From contig NC_092006.1 of NCBI RefSeq assembly GCF_044704955.1, positions 13,516,001 to 13,580,000 of the forward strand: a stretch of DNA of 64,000 bases, written 5' to 3'. Positions 19,284 to 33,571 of the stretch are shown here, in pieces (positions within the stretch are counted from its first letter, which is position 1; the number at the start of each line of letters is the position of its first letter). Origin of the DNA: Pristiophorus japonicus. Lineage: Eukaryota. A program made the translations under genes and the position numbers. Below the pieces are notes generated by a model. It saw nothing but the letters and a program-made list of their open reading frames with translations. It did no database searches and had not been told where the DNA came from.

Positions 19284-21841
19284 GGGCGAGAACCTCCACT
19301 TTTTTTTTGCCATGCTTAACGCCCATTTTACCGCTGAGATGACGTATAATGCCCAGATGTCGCCCATTTTGGCACAATATGGAAACGGGCATTTTTTGGA
19401 GACTTAGCGTCGAACGTTATTTTCCCCGTGTGCTTAACGCCGAGAAAAAATATCTCCCCCCGCCCACTTTTTTGGGGGTGGATTCAGCAGAACGGGCAAC
19501 TTCAACCCAGCATTACTTTCCACACGGAATTAACGGCGAGATTCAATATTAACGCCCGCTGATTGTTTTTTGTCGTAAGGAGCATATTTACCCAAACTAG
19601 CGGCCATGGAGATCGCCCATTGTCAATTTCACCACCTCACATTTCACCCACACTATCGCTCGCTCAAAAAAGCGCCCACAAAGAATGGAGCTAACCGGAA
19701 CAAATCACAGCGTTATGGACGCCATGTTCTCGATCACATGTTGCGACCTTTAAAAGGCCGCTGTGCTTCAGCCTTGGCGGAGTACGGACGTACCCTGCAG
19801 GGCGTTGGAGTTGATCTGAGCATCTCTAAAAACATCTTGACCACACTGTGACCGATTGGAATTGAAGAGGTGTGTTTGTCAGGACATTCCTTGTTTGGGG
19901 CCAATCGGTGGAAAACAGAACTACTGCAATGGGGCCTGTCCTTTCTCGCCCTCTCTTGGTGACCAAATACATGCAGCAGACTCGAGATCACCGAAGGAAC
20001 GCTGCACAGCAGTATGTGCCCAATGTACGAAGTGACAGACTGATGAGGAGGACCAGACGTTCCATCTCCCACAAGTACAAGGAGAAACAGTCTTCCTTCA
20101 ACTTGCCCAACACCACCTGCCTTCGGAGACTGTGCTTCCACAAAGAGGTTATCACTGAGGTATGCCAGCTGATAAGGGCAGATCCGCAGCCTGCCAGCAC
20201 CATCAGTACTGCACTGTCCGTCGAGGTCAAAGTCACCGCGGCACTGTCGTTCTACACCTCGGGTTCTTTTCAGGCCTCAGCTGGCGACATTTGCGGGCTT
20301 TCTCAGCATGCCACACATCGCTGCATTAGACAGGTCACTGAAGCCCTGTACACACACAGGAGGGACTTGATCAGCTTCCGTATGACCAGGGAGGCACAGA
20401 GTGAGAGGGCTCTAGGATCCTCCAGAATTGCAAACTTCCCCAAGGTGCAGGGAGCAATAGACTGTACGCACATCGCGATGCGGGCACCTTTTCAGGATGC
20501 TGAGGTTTTCAGGAACCGCAAGGGATTCCATTCCCTGAATGTCCAACTCGTGTCAACCACCAGCAAGTTATACTGGCAGTGAATGCTAAATCTCTGGGCA
20601 GCATCCATGAAGCGCACATCCTGCGTGAGAGCACTGTATCTGACTTGTTTAACAATCAGCCACAAGGTCAATGCTGGATGCTTGGTGACAAAGGATACGG
20701 CCTCGCCACCTGGCTGATGACACCCCGCTGCGTGACACCCACACCGAAGCCGAGAGGCGATACAACGAGAGCCACAGAGCAACTCGCAATATCCCAGAGA
20801 AAACCATTGGAGTGCTGAAGCAGCGCTTTAGATGCCTGGACCACTCAGGAGGCGAGCTCCAATACCACCCTGAGCAGGTAGCTCAATTCGTGGTGGTGTG
20901 CTCCATGCTGCACAACTTGGCTATCAGGAGGGGACAAGAATTGCCTGATAGTCTGACAGTCCACCTCACCAGAGAGAGGAAGAGGAGGACAAGGAGGCGG
21001 ACGCTGACGTCGGCCCAGACAATCAGGCTGATGCTGAAGCCATGCCCCTGCCCCCCTGTAGACCAATGAAAGGGCCCATGGTGGCATGATAGCTGCAAGA
21101 GCCTTACGTCAGGAGCTCATCAATGATCGCTTTGCCTGAAAGAACGTTGGTGTTATTTCCAAGGCTGACACACTGCTGGGTGTGCAGGTCATACGTCAAT
21201 GGTAGGCATCACCTTGGTGACAGTTAAAGTTTAGGTTGATTGAAGTTAAGTGTAATTATACCCTTTGATGTTAAGGTATCACCAGCGTGTAACGGTGCAG
21301 CTATCTGAGCCAATGTGCTGCAAGGTTTTGTTAAATAAAAAACATTTAAATCAAACATTAGTCTGAAATCATCAGTATTTCTGGACAAACCAACCCTTTG
21401 GGTGACGGCCGAGACGCTGCTTGGACGGATACGTGAGAGGATGGTCCCGAGGTGGGAACGTGCTCTGAGCCAGAAGCAAGATGTTGCCCCTGGCTCTCAT
21501 GTGTGGTTGGCAATGGGAGTGCATCACCTTGGGGGGCAGTGCCACGCTCCGGGACCATTGGGAGCCCTCTGCCACCAGTGTTCCTGGCTACCAGCTCCAG
21601 GGCCTCCTCCATCCCTTCCATGTTAGCTATTATTTGTTGGACAAAAACTCGGTGCCAACAACGTTCTTGGTGCTTAGTAGGCTTCTTGCTGCTGGTGAAT
21701 CTCCGTCGTTCCTCCCACAACAGGCAAATAAGCACACACCACACAGCCACGCACGCTTTCAGTCCCTCTCTGCTCCCCCTCTCTCTGTCTCCTCTTCTGT
21801 GCATATCATGGTGACTCTTGACCTCCAGAATCGTGGGAATC
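19284..21841 (+). mobile_element. PIF/Harbinger DNA transposon copy 1 (left TIR and transposase; right end deleted)
   Basis: Left TIR gggcgagaacctccactttt, subterminal aacgccc repeats, HARBI1-like transposase. Confidence 0.85.
19929..21138 (+). pseudogene. Frameshifted Harbinger (HARBI1-like, DDE_Tnp_4) transposase, copy 1
   Basis: FPKVQGAIDCTHI, NRKGFHSLNVQLV, GSIHEAHIL, MLGDKGY, LKQRFRCLD and CSMLHN are split over 3 ORFs; frameshifts near 20553, 20727 and 20953. Confidence 0.88.
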
Positions 21842-22449
21842 AGAAACATAGAAAATAGGTGCAGGAGTAGGCCATTCGGCCCTTCTAGCCTGCACCGCCA
21901 TTCAATGAGTTCATGGCTGAACATGCAACTTCAGTACCCCATTCCTGCTTTCTCGCCATACCCCTTGATCCCCCTAGTAGTAAGGACTTCATCTAACTCC
22001 TTTTTGAATATATTTAGTGAATTGGCCTCAACAACTTTCTGTGGTGGAGAATTCCACAGGTTCACCACTCTCTGGGTGAAGAAGTTTCTCCTCATCTCGG
22101 TCCTAACTGGCTTACCCCTTATCCTTAGACTGTGACCTCTGGTTCTGGACTTCCCCAACATTGGGAACATTCTTCCTGCATCTAACCTGCCTAACCCCGT
22201 CAGAATTTTAAACGTTTCTATGAGGTCCCCTCTCATTCTTCTGAACTCCAGTGAATACAAGCCCAGTTGATCCAGTCTTTCTTGATAGGTCAGTCCCGCC
22301 ATCCCGGGAATCAGTCTGGTGAACCTTCGCTGCACTCCCTCAATAGCAAGAATGTCCTTCCTCAGGTTAGGAGACCAAAACTGTACACAATACTCCAGGT
22401 CTGGCCTCACCAAGGCCCTGTACAACTGTAGCAACACCTCCCTACCCCT
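21842..22449 (-). mobile_element. CR1 LINE 3' portion inserted in Harbinger copy 1, cut at a deletion junction
   Basis: agaaacatagaaaataggtgc tail; LLQLYRALVRPDLEYC..GYGEKAGMGY. Confidence 0.93.
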
Positions 22450-25400
22450 CCATATCTCTGTAACCTCCTCCAGCCCCTATACCCCTCCCTATCTCTGTAA
22501 CCTCCTCCAGCCCCTCCGCCCCGCCCTAACTCTGTAACCTGCTCCAGCCCTACACCCCTCCTGATCTCTGTAACCTCCTCCAGCCCCTACACTCCTCCCT
22601 ATCTCTGCAACCTCCTCCAGCCACTACACCCTCCCTATCTCTGCAACCACCTCCAGCCCCGACACCCCTCTCTATCTCTGTAACCTCCTCCAGACCCTAC
22701 ACCTCTCCATATCTCTGTAACCTCCTCCAGCCGCTCCATCCCTCCCTATCTCTGTAACCTCCTCCAGCCCCTACACCCCTCACTATCTCTGTAACCTCCT
22801 CTAGACCCTACACCCCTCCCTATCTCTGTCACCTCCCCCAGCCCCTATAACCCTCCCTATCTCTGTAACCTCCTCCAGCCCCAACACCTCTCACTCTCTC
22901 TGTAACCACCTTCAGCCCCTACACCCTCCATATCTCGGTAACCTCCTCCAGCCCCTACACTCCTCCGTATCTCTGTAACACCCTCCAGCCCCTACGCCCC
23001 TCCCTATCTCTGTAACCTCCTCCAGCCCCTACACCCCTCCCTATCTCTGTAACTGCCTCTAGCCCCTAAACCCCTCCCTATCTCTGCAACACCCTCCAGT
23101 CCCAACACCTCACGATCTCCGTACCATCCTCCAGCCCCGACACACCTCCCTATCTCTGTATCCTCCAGCCCCAACACCTCTCACTCTCTCTGTAACCACC
23201 TTCAGCCCCTACACCCTCCATATCTCTGTAACCTCCTCCAGCCCCTACACCCCTCCGTATCTCTGTAACACCCTCCAGCCCCTACACCCCTCCCTATCTC
23301 TGTAACCTCCTCCAGCCCCTACACCCCTCCCTATCTCTGTAATCTCCTCCAGCCCCTACACACCTCCCTGTCTCTGCAACCTCCTCCAGCCCCTACTGCA
23401 CTCCTTATCTCTGTAACCTCCTCCAGCCCTACAACCCTCCCTATCTCTGCAACCTCCTCCAGCTCCAACACCACTCCCTATCTCTGCAACCTCCTCCAGC
23501 CACGACACCCATGCCGATCTCTGTAACTTCCTCCACCAGACCCGACACACCTCCCTATCTCTGTAACCTCCCCTAGCCCCTACACTCCTCCCTATCTCTG
23601 TCACCTCCTCCAGCCCCTACACCCCTCCCTATCTCTGTAACCTCCTCCAGCTTCTACACCCCTCCCTATCTCTGTAACCTCCTCCAGCCCCTACGCCCCT
23701 CCCTACCTCTGTAACCTCCTCCAGCCCCTATATCCGTCCCCGTCTCTGTAACCACCTTCAGCCCATGCACCTCTCCATATCTCTGTAACCTCCTCCAGCC
23801 CCTACACCCCTCCCTATCTCTGTAACCCCCTCCAGCCCCTACACCCCTCCCTATCCCTGTAGCCTCCTCCAGCCCCTACACCCCTCCCTATCTCTGTAAC
23901 TTCCTCCAGCCCCTACACCCCTCCCTGACTCTGTAACCAGCCACAGCACCTAGAACCCCTCCCTATCTCTGTAACCTCCTCCAGCTCTACACCCCTCCCT
24001 ATCTCTGTAACTTCGAGCTCTACATCCATCCCTATCCCTGCAACCACCTCCAGCCCCCACACACCTCCCGATCTCTGTAATCTCCTCCAGCCCCGACACC
24101 CCTCCCTATCTCTGTAATCTCCTCCAGCCCCTACACCCCTCCCTATCTCAGTAACCTCCTCCAGCCTCTACTGCCCTCCCAATCTCTGCAACCTCCTCCA
24201 GCCCCTACACCCCTCCCTATCTCTGTAGCCTCCTCCAGCCCCTACACCCCTCCCTATCTCTGTAACTTCCTCCAGCCCCTACACCCCTCCCTGACTCTAT
24301 AACCAGCCACAGCACCTAGAACCCCTCCCTATCTCTGTAACCTCCTCCAGCCCCCACACACCTCCCGATCTCTGTAATCTCCTCCAGCCCCTGCACCCCT
24401 TCCTATCTCTGTAGCCACCTCCAGCCCCTACACTCCTCCCTATCTCTGTAACCTCCTCCAGCTCCTGCACCCCTTCCTATCTCTGTAGCCTCCTCCAGCC
24501 CCTACACTCCTCCCTATCTCTGTAATGTCTTCCAGCCCCCTCCCTATCACTGTAACTTTCTCCAGCCCCTGCACCCCTCCCGATCACTGTAACGTCCTCC
24601 AGCCCCTACTGCCTTCCCTATCTCTGTAATCTCCTCCAGCATCTCCTGCCCTCCCTATCTCTGTAACTACCTTCAGCCCCTACACCCCTCCATATCTCTG
24701 TAACCTCCTCCCACTTCGACACCCCTCCCTATCTCTGTAACTTCCTCCACCAGATCCTACACCCCTCCCTATCTCTGTAACCTCCTCCAGCCCCTATAAC
24801 CCTCCCTATCTCTGTAACCTCCTCCAGCCCCTTCACCCCTCCATATCTCTGTTACTTCCTCCAGCCTCTACACCCCTCGATCTCTGTAACACCCTCCAGC
24901 TCCTACACCCCTCTATCTCTGTAATCTCCACGGGTCCCTACACCCCTCCCTATCTTGTAACCTCCACGGGCCCCTACACCCCTCCCTATCTCTGTAACCT
25001 CATCCAGCCCCTACACCCCTCCCTATATCTGTAACCTCCTCCAGCCCCTAAACCCCTCCCTATCTCTGTAACCTCCTCCAGTCCCACAACCCCTCCCTAT
25101 CTCTGTAACCTCCTCCAGCCCCCACACACCTCCCGATCTCTGTAATCTCCTCCAGCCCCGACACCCCTCCCTATCTCTGTAATCTCCTCCAGCCCCTACA
25201 CCCCTCCCTATCTCTGTAACCTCCTCCAGCCTCTACTGCCCTCCCGATCTCTGCAACCTCCTCCAGCCCCTACACCCCTCCCTATCTCTGTAACCTCCTC
25301 CAGCTCTACACCCCTCCCTATCTCTGTAACTTCGAGCTCTACACCCATCCCTATCCCTGCAACCACCTCCAGCCCCTACACCCCTCCATATCTCTCTAAC

Positions 25401-28400
25401 CTTCTCCAGCCCCGACACCCCTCCCCAGCTCTGTAACGTCCTCCAGCCCCAACACCTCTGCCTATCTCTGTAACCTCCTCCTGCCCCTATTGCCCTCCCT
25501 ATCTCTGTAATCTCCTCCAGCCCCTACACACCTCCCTGTCTCTGTAACCTCCTCCAGCCCCTACTGCACTCCCTATCTCTGTAACCTCCTCCAGCCCCTA
25601 CACCCCTCCCCATCTCTGTAAACACCTTCAGCCCCAACACCTCTCCATATCTCTGTAACCTCCTCCAGCCGCTACACAACTCCATATCTCTGTAACCTCC
25701 TCCAGCTTTTACACCCCTGCCTATCTCTGTAACTTCCTCCACCAGATCCTACACCCCTCCCTAGCTCTGTAACCTCCTCCAGCCCCTATAACCCTCCCTA
25801 TCTCTGTAACCTCCTCCAGCCCCTACACCCCTCCATATCTCTGTTACTTCCTCCAGCCTCAACACCCCTCGATCTCTGTAACCTCCACGTATCCCTACAC
25901 CTCTCCCTATCTTGTAACCTCCACGGGCCCCGACACCCCTCCCTATCTCTGTAACCTCCTCCAGCCCCTAAACCCCTCCCTATCTCTGTAACCTCCTCCA
26001 GCCCCACAACCCCTCCCTTTCTCTGTAATATCCTCCAGCCCCACAACCCCTCCCTATTTCTGTAATCTCCTCCAGCCTCTACACACCTCCCTATCTCTGT
26101 TACCTCCTCCAGCACCTATATCCCTCCCTAACTCTGTAACCTCCTCCAGCCCTACACCCCTCCTGATCTCTGTAACCTCCTCCAGCCCCTATACCTCTCA
26201 CTATCCCTGCAACCTCCTCCAGCCCCTACAGCCCTCCCTATCACTGTAACCTCCTCCAGCCCCTACACCCCTCCCTTTCTCTGTAACCTCCTCCAGCCCC
26301 TACACCCCTCCCGATCTCTGTAATCTCCTCCAGCCCCGACACCCCTCCCTATCTCTGTAATCTCCTCCAGCCCCTACACCCCTCCCTATCTCTGTAACCT
26401 CCTCCAGCCTCTACTGCCCTCCCGATCTCTGCAACCTCCTCCAGCCCCTACACCCCTCCCTATCTCTGTAGCCTCCTCCAGCTCTACACCCCTCCCTATC
26501 TCTGTAACTTCGAGCTCTACACCCATCCCTATCCCTGCAACCACCTCCAGCCCCTACACCCCTCCATATCTCTGTAACCTTCTCCAGCCCCGACACCCCT
26601 CCACAGCTCTGTAACGTCCTCCAGCCCCAACACCTCTGCCTATCTCTGTAACCTCCTCCTGCCCTTATTGCCCTCCCCATCTCTGTAAACACCTTCAGCC
26701 CCAACACCTCTCCATATCTCTGTAACCTCCTCCAGCCCCTACACAACTCCATATCTCTGTAACTTCGAGCTCTACACCCATCCCTATCCCTGCAACCACC
26801 TCCAGCCCCTACACCCCTCCATATCTCTGTAACCTTCTCCAGCCCCGACACCCCTCCACAGCTCTGTAACGTCCTCCAGCCCCAACACCTCTGCCTATCT
26901 CTGTAACCTCCTCCTGCCCTTATTGCCCTCCCCATCTCTGTAAACACCTTCAGCCCCAACACCTCTCCATATCTCTGTAACCTCCTCCAGCCCCTACACA
27001 ACTCCATATCTCTGTAACCTCCTCCAGCTTTTACACCCCTGCCTATCTCTGTAACTTCCTCCACCAGATCCTACACCCCTCCCTAGCTCTGTAACCTCCT
27101 CCAGCCCCTATAACCCTCCCTATCTCTGTAACCTCCTCCAGCCCCTACACCCCTCCATATCTCTGTTACTTCCTCCAGCCTCAACACCCCTCGATCTCTG
27201 TAACCTCCACGTATCCCTACACCTCTCCCTATCTTGTAACCTCCACGGGCCCCGACACCCCTCCCTATCTCTGTAACCTCCTCCAGCCCCTAAACCCCTC
27301 CATATCTCTGTAACCTCCTCCAGCCCCACAACCCCTCCCTTTCTCTGTAATATCCTCCAGCCCCACAACCCCTCCCTATTTCTGTAATCTCCTCCAGCCT
27401 CTACACACCTCCCTATCTCTGTTACCTCCTCCAGCACCTATATCCCTCCCTAACTCTGTAACCTCCTCCAGCCCTACACCCCTCCTGATCTCTGTAACCT
27501 CCTCCAGCCCCTATACCTCTCACTATCCCTGCAACCTCCTCCAGCCCCTACAGCCCTCCCTATCACTGTAACCTCCTCCAGCCCCTACACCCCTGCCTAT
27601 CTCTGTAGCCTCCTCCAGCCCCTACACCCCTCACTATCTCTGTAATATCCTCCTGCCTCTACACCCCTCCCTATCTCTGTAATCTCCTCCAGCCTCTACA
27701 CACCTCCCTATCTCTGTAACCTCCTCCAGCCCCTGCACCCCTCCCTATCTCTATAGCCTCCTCCAGCCCCTACACCCCTCCCTATCTCTGTAATGTCCTC
27801 CAACCCTCGACACCACTCCCGATCACTGTAACGTCCTCCAGCCCCTACTGCCTTCCCTATCTCTGTAATCTCCTCCAGCACCTCCTGCTCTCCCTATCTC
27901 TGTAACTACCTTCAGCCCCTACACCCCTCCATATCTCTGTAACCTCCTCCCACTTCTACACCCCTCCTGATCTCTGTAACTTTCTCCACCAGCCCCTACA
28001 CCGCTCCCTATCTCTGTTATCTCCTCCAGCCCCTATACCCCTCCCTATCTATGTAACCTCCTCATGGCCCTATGCCCCTCCCTAACTCTGTAACCTCCTC
28101 CAGCCCAACACCCCTCCTGATCTCTGTAACCTCCTCGAGTCCCTATACCTCTCCCTATCCCTGCAACCTCCTCCAGCCCCTACACCCCTCCCTATCTCTG
28201 CAACACCCTCCAGTCCCTACACCTCCCGATCTCCGTAACCTCCTCCAGCCCCTACACCCCTCCATATCTCTGTAACCTCCTCCCACTTCGACACCCCTCC
28301 CTATCTCTGTAACTTCCTCCACCAGATCCTACACCCCTCCCTATCTCTGTAACCTCCTCCAGCCCCTATAACCCTCCCTATCTCTGTAACCTCCTCCAGC

Positions 28401-29150
28401 CCCTTCACCCCTCCATATCTCTGTTACTTCCTCCAGCCTCTACACCCCTCGATCTCTGTAACATCCTCCAGCTCCTACACCCCTCTATCTCTGTAATCTC
28501 CACGGGTCCCTACACCCCTCCCTATCTTGTAACCTCCACGGGCCCCTACACCCCTCCCTATCTCTGTAACCTCATCCAGCCCCTACACCCCTCCCTATAT
28601 CTGTAACCTCCTCCAGCCCCTAAACCCCTCCCTATCTCTGTAACCTCCTCCAGCCCCACAACCCCTCCCTATCTCTGTAACCTCCTCCAACCCCGACACC
28701 CCTCCCTATCTCTGTAACCTCCTCCAGCCCCTACACCGCTCCCTATCTCTGTAACCACCTCCAGCCCCTACATCCCTTCTTATCTCTGTGATCTCCTCCA
28801 GCCCCTATACCCCTCCCTATCTCTGCAACCACCTCCAGCCCCTATGCCCATCCCTAACTCTGTAACCTCCTCCAGCCCGACACCCCTCCTGATCTCTGTA
28901 ACCTCCTTGAGTCCCTATACCTCTCCCTATCCCTGCAACCTCCTCCAGCCCCTACACCCCTCCCTATCTCTGCAACACCCTCCAGTCCCTACACCTCCCG
29001 ATCTCCGTAACCTCCTCCAGCCCCTACACCCCTCCCTATCTCTGTAACTTCCTCCAGCCTCTACACCCCTCCCTGACTCTGTAACCCGCTTCAGCATCTA
29101 CACCCCTCCCTTTCTCTGTAACCTCCTCCAGCCCCACAACCCCTCCCTAT
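22445..29150. repeat. 37-bp minisatellite, array 2
   Basis: Same unit as array 1, with higher-order duplications. Confidence 0.97.
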
Positions 29151-29152
29151 CT

Positions 29153-30063
29153 CCCACACACAGCGATATGATAATGACCCAGATCATCTGTTTTAGTGAT
29201 GTTGGTTGAGGGATAAATATTGGGCCCAGGACACCGGGGAGAACTCCCCCTGCTCTTCTTCCAATAGTAGCCCCGGGATCTTTTACACCCACCCGAGAGG
29301 GCAGACGGGGCCTCGGTTTAACGTCTCATCCGAAAGATGGCCCCTCCGACAGTGCGTCACTCCCTCAGTACCGCCCCTCCGACAGTGCGGCGCTCCCTCA
29401 GTACCGCCCCTCTGACAGGGCGACGCTCCCTCAGTACTGCCCCTCCGACAGTGCGGCGCTCCCTCAGTACTGCCCCTCGGACAGTGCAGCGCTCCCTCAG
29501 TACCGTCCCTCCGACAGTGCGGCGCTCCCTCAGTACTGCCCCTCCGACAGTGCGTCACTCCCTCAGTACCGCCCCTCCGACAGTGCGGCGCTCCCTCAGT
29601 ACCGCCCCTCTGACAGGGCGACGCTCCCTCAGTACTGCCCCTCCGACAGTGCGGCGCTCCCTCAGTACTGCCCCTCGGACAGTGCAGCGCTCCCTCAGTA
29701 CCGTCCCTCCGACAGTGCGGCGCTCCCTCAGTACTGCCCCTCCGACAGTGCAGCGCTCCCTCAGTACCGCCCCTCCGGACAGTGCGGTGCTCCCTCAGTA
29801 GTGCCCCTCCGACAGTGCGGCGCTCCCTCAGTACTGCCCCTCCGACAGTGCGGCGCTCCCTCAGTACTGTCCCTCCGACAGTGCGGTGCTCCCTCAGTAC
29901 CGCCCCTCCGACAGTGCGGTGCTCCCTCAGTACCGCCCCTCCGACAGTGCAGTGCTCCCTCAGTACCGCCCCTCCGACAGTGCGGCGCTCCCTCAGTACG
30001 ACATTGGAGTGTTAGCCTCGAGTGAAATGCTCAAGCTCCTGGAGTGAGACTTGAACCCACAAT
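29153..30063 (-). mobile_element. Deu-type SINE with 33-bp minisatellite, unit 2
   Basis: Paralogous to 13896-15103. Confidence 0.7.
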
Positions 30064-30421
30064 TGGGAGGCAGTTGGTTGAGGAAGGAGTTTTGCCCGGA
30101 ACACCAGCAACACCCTGTTCTCCAAGGAATAGGATCTTTAACATCCACCGCATCAGGAGAGGGGCATGGAGCAGTGAGAGGGCTCAGTGAAACATCAAGT
30201 CCCCCTCCCCAGGGCTCAGTCCCACACTGGGCCCCTCTCCCCCTCCCCAGGGCTCAGTCCCACACCGGGCCCCCCTCCCCCTCCCCGGGGCTCAGTCCCA
30301 CACCGGGCCCCCCTCCCCCTCCCCGGGGCTCAGTCCCACACCGAGTGAGACCACTGGGGCAATGCGAGCCATGATTCGAAGGGAAGGGGCCCCTGGTGAC
30401 ATTTGGACCAATCCTCACTTT

Positions 30422-31470
30422 CGTAGAAATAAAAAATCGGAGCAGGAGTCGGCCATTCAATATGATCCCGGCTGATCCTCTATCCTCACACCATATTCCC
30501 ACTTTCTCTCCAGCCCCCTTGATGCCTTTTGTGTCTCGAAATCTATCGATCTCCCTCTTGAATATATTCAGTGACTTGGCCTCCACAGCCTTCTGTGGTC
30601 GAGAATTCCACAGGTTCACCACCCTCTGAGTGAGAACATTTCTCCTCATCTCAGTCCTAAATTTCCTAGCCCGTATCCTGAGACTGTGACCCCTTGTTCT
30701 AGACTTCCCAGCCCCGGGGGAAACATCCTCCCCGGATCCAGTCTGTCCAACCCCGTCACAATTTTATACATTTCAATGAGATCCCCTCTCATTCTTCTAA
30801 ACTCCAGTGAATACAGGCCCAGTCGACCCAATCTCTCCTCATACCACAGTCCTGCCATCCCAGGAATCAGTCTGGTGAACCTTCACTGCACTCCCTCTAT
30901 GGCAAGTATATCCTTCCTTAGGTAAGGAGACCAAAACTGCACACAATACTCCTGGTGCGGTCTCACCAATGCCCTGTATAACTGGAGTAAGGCATCTCCT
31001 TGCTCCTGTACACAAATCCTCTTGCAATGTAGGCCAACGTACCCCATTTGCCCCTAACTGCTTGCTGCACCATGTTTGTTTTCAATGTCTGGTGTACAAG
31101 GACACCCAGGTCCCTCTGTACATCCACACTTCCCAAGCCGTCACCATTTAAACAATACTTTGTCCTCATGTTTTTCCCACCAAAGTAGATAACTTCACAT
31201 TTATCCACGTTATACTACATCTGCCATGTGTTTGCCCATTCACATAGAAACATAGAGAATAGGTGCAGGAGTAGGCCATTCGGCCCTTCGAGCCTGCACC
31301 ACCATTCAATAAGATCATGGCTGATCATTCACCTCAGTCCCCCATTCCTGCTTTCTCTCCATACCCCTTGATCCCTTTAGCCGTAAGGACCACATCCAAC
31401 TCCCTTTTGAATCTGTCTAACGAACTGGCCTCAACAACTTTCTGTGGCAGAGAATTCGACAGGTTCACTC
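30422..31470 (-). mobile_element. CR1 fragments, unit 2
   Basis: Paralogous to 16112-17182. Confidence 0.9.
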
Positions 31471-31693
31471 TGTCGACCCGCTGTGTCTTTACATCCTCGT
31501 CCCGACTCACAACCCCAGCCAGTTTTGGGTCGTCGGCAAGTGTGGAAGCATGACGGTTTGGTTCCCTGCCGTCCCGTGCAATGAGGGGCCAGCGAGACCA
31601 GGGTGGGAGTTTTTAATTCTGTTTATTTATCAGAATGTCAGCACTCGCTGGCCATACACACTGGCGTGTGCACGCACACGTTCCGCCAATCGC

Positions 31694-32857
31694 TCAGAAA
31701 CACTTGCGATGGACAATCGCCGGACCTTTCTCGTCGTAGTCCTTGCGACACACCCACATGGACCGGAAGGTGTTGAGGCTGGCTGTGATGGAGCCCCCAA
31801 TCCACACCGAGAACTTGCGCTGGGGCGAGGCGTAGACGTTGAGCTTGAAGCGGCTGGGCACCAGCTCGCCCATCTCCTTCTGGATGCGCTCGGCGAGGCC
31901 GGGGAACATGGAGGAGCCGCCCGACAGCACGATGTTGTTGAACAGCTCGGGCCGGTGCTTGGCCTTGCACTTCTTCAGGCTCTTCATGGCCAGCACGTGG
32001 AGGCCGGGGTCAGTCAGCCCCACCGCCTCGGGCTTGAACAGCGACTCGGGGCAGCGGAAGCGCTGGTTGCCGATGGTGATGATGTGTCCGTCGGGAAGCT
32101 TGTAGTCGGTCAGGTAGTCGCTCTCGTTGGCCACCATCTCCTTGTTGAAGTCCTGCGCCACGTAGCAGCAGGTCTCCTTGATGTTGTGCACGATGTGCAT
32201 CTCCTCGGGGCTGAAGGTGTTGCCGCAGTCCTCCAGCAGCTTGGCCATGTACTCGCTCAGCCTGCCCCCAGCCAGGTCCAGGCGGTAGGTGGCATGGGGC
32301 AATGTGTAGCCGTTGTAGATGGGCGCCGTGCAGGAGACCCCCAGGCCCGACTCGATGATCAGGCCGTTGATCCTCCCGGTGGAGTACAGCGACAGCACGC
32401 TCTGGTGGGCCACGTACATGGCCGGCACCCCGAAGTTCTCGAACAGCAGCTCGGCCGACTTCTCCCGGTTGGTGGTGGGCGACAGCGGGCTGTCGGAGAG
32501 CAGCACCGCCTGATCCTCAGGGGCCACCCGCAGCTCATGGTAGAAGACGTGGTGCATGAGCATCTCCAGAGCGTCCCAGTCTGTCACGATGCCTTTGGTG
32601 ACCACCTGGGTCTTGGTGATCCACGGGTCACTGGGGATGGCGCTGCCGATGTAGTAGTCGGGCCCCTTGCGCGGGTCGTTGTCCGTCTGGTTGGGGATGC
32701 CCACCAGGGAGTGGACCACCACGCTGGGCTTGTCGTCGCCGGCAAAGCCAGCCTTGGTATAGCCGGTGCCGTTGTCCATCACCACGGCCGCCGTCTCGGT
32801 GAAGTCTTCTGTGCAGGCGGGGGGCCCCTGGGGGGCAGTGGGGGAGGATTTGCTCAT
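31694..32857 (-). CDS. Intronless actin-related protein, copy 2 (387 aa)
   Basis: Intact ORF; one aa difference from copy 1 (PTANRE to PTTNRE). Confidence 0.93.
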   Translation of the reverse strand: MSKSSPTAPQGPPACTEDFTETAAVVMDNGTGYTKAGFAGDDKPSVVVHSLVGIPNQTDNDPRKGPDYYIGSAIPSDPWITKTQVVTKGIVTDWDALEMLMHHVFYHELRVAPEDQAVLLSDSPLSPTTNREKSAELLFENFGVPAMYVAHQSVLSLYSTGRINGLIIESGLGVSCTAPIYNGYTLPHATYRLDLAGGRLSEYMAKLLEDCGNTFSPEEMHIVHNIKETCCYVAQDFNKEMVANESDYLTDYKLPDGHIITIGNQRFRCPESLFKPEAVGLTDPGLHVLAMKSLKKCKAKHRPELFNNIVLSGGSSMFPGLAERIQKEMGELVPSRFKLNVYASPQRKFSVWIGGSITASLNTFRSMWVCRKDYDEKGPAIVHRKCF

Positions 32858-33571
32858 TCTCACAGTGAGGGCACAGACTGAGGGGGTCCGGGGGTGGGCT
32901 TCTTGGGTCTGCTCTGAGCAACACGATCAGCACGTTTTTCTTCCTGTTTGCAGCCTCCCTCTCTCTCCCTCGAGTGTCACCGTCTGTATGGGCCCACACC
33001 CCCACCTGCCCCTCTACACTGGGCCTGTCGCCGGGGGCAACGGCGCTGATCTCACAATGTCCCCTTGTTGCCTCTGACCTCTGACCTCCCCCCCCGCCCC
33101 CCCACACACAGGAAGCCAGGTTACAGACAACAGGTGATGTCACTGAGAGAGGGAGGAGGGCCGTCAGTGGGAGGCCCCTCCCTCACCCTCACTCAGCCCC
33201 CCCACGCACCCCACACCCTCTTCCCCCAACCTCCCCCTCCCCAGCCCCCTGCTCACAGCCTCAGCCATGATCATATTGAATGGCGGTGCAGGCTCGAAGG
33301 CCCGACTCCTGCACCTATTTTCTCTGTTCCTATCCCCCTCCCCATTACGCTGTCTGCCACCCGCAACACCACCCACATCCTCACTGCCACCTTTCCCTCG
33401 CTCACCCCTCCACCTTCGCTCCAAACCCCTCCCTCACTTTCTGGAGCCCCGTTCCCCGCCTCTGTCCCACTGCTCGCTCCCTGACTTCAGAGTGAGTCGG
33501 TGCGAATCAGTATGGCCCCCAGCCTCCGGCTCTCCCCAGTGCTGCAAACCAGCTGCTTGATAAGACTCAAT

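Noticed and set aside
19872-21138. Domesticated HARBI1 gene
   Set aside because: Frameshifted, intronless and flanked by TIR and subterminal repeats; a transposon relic.
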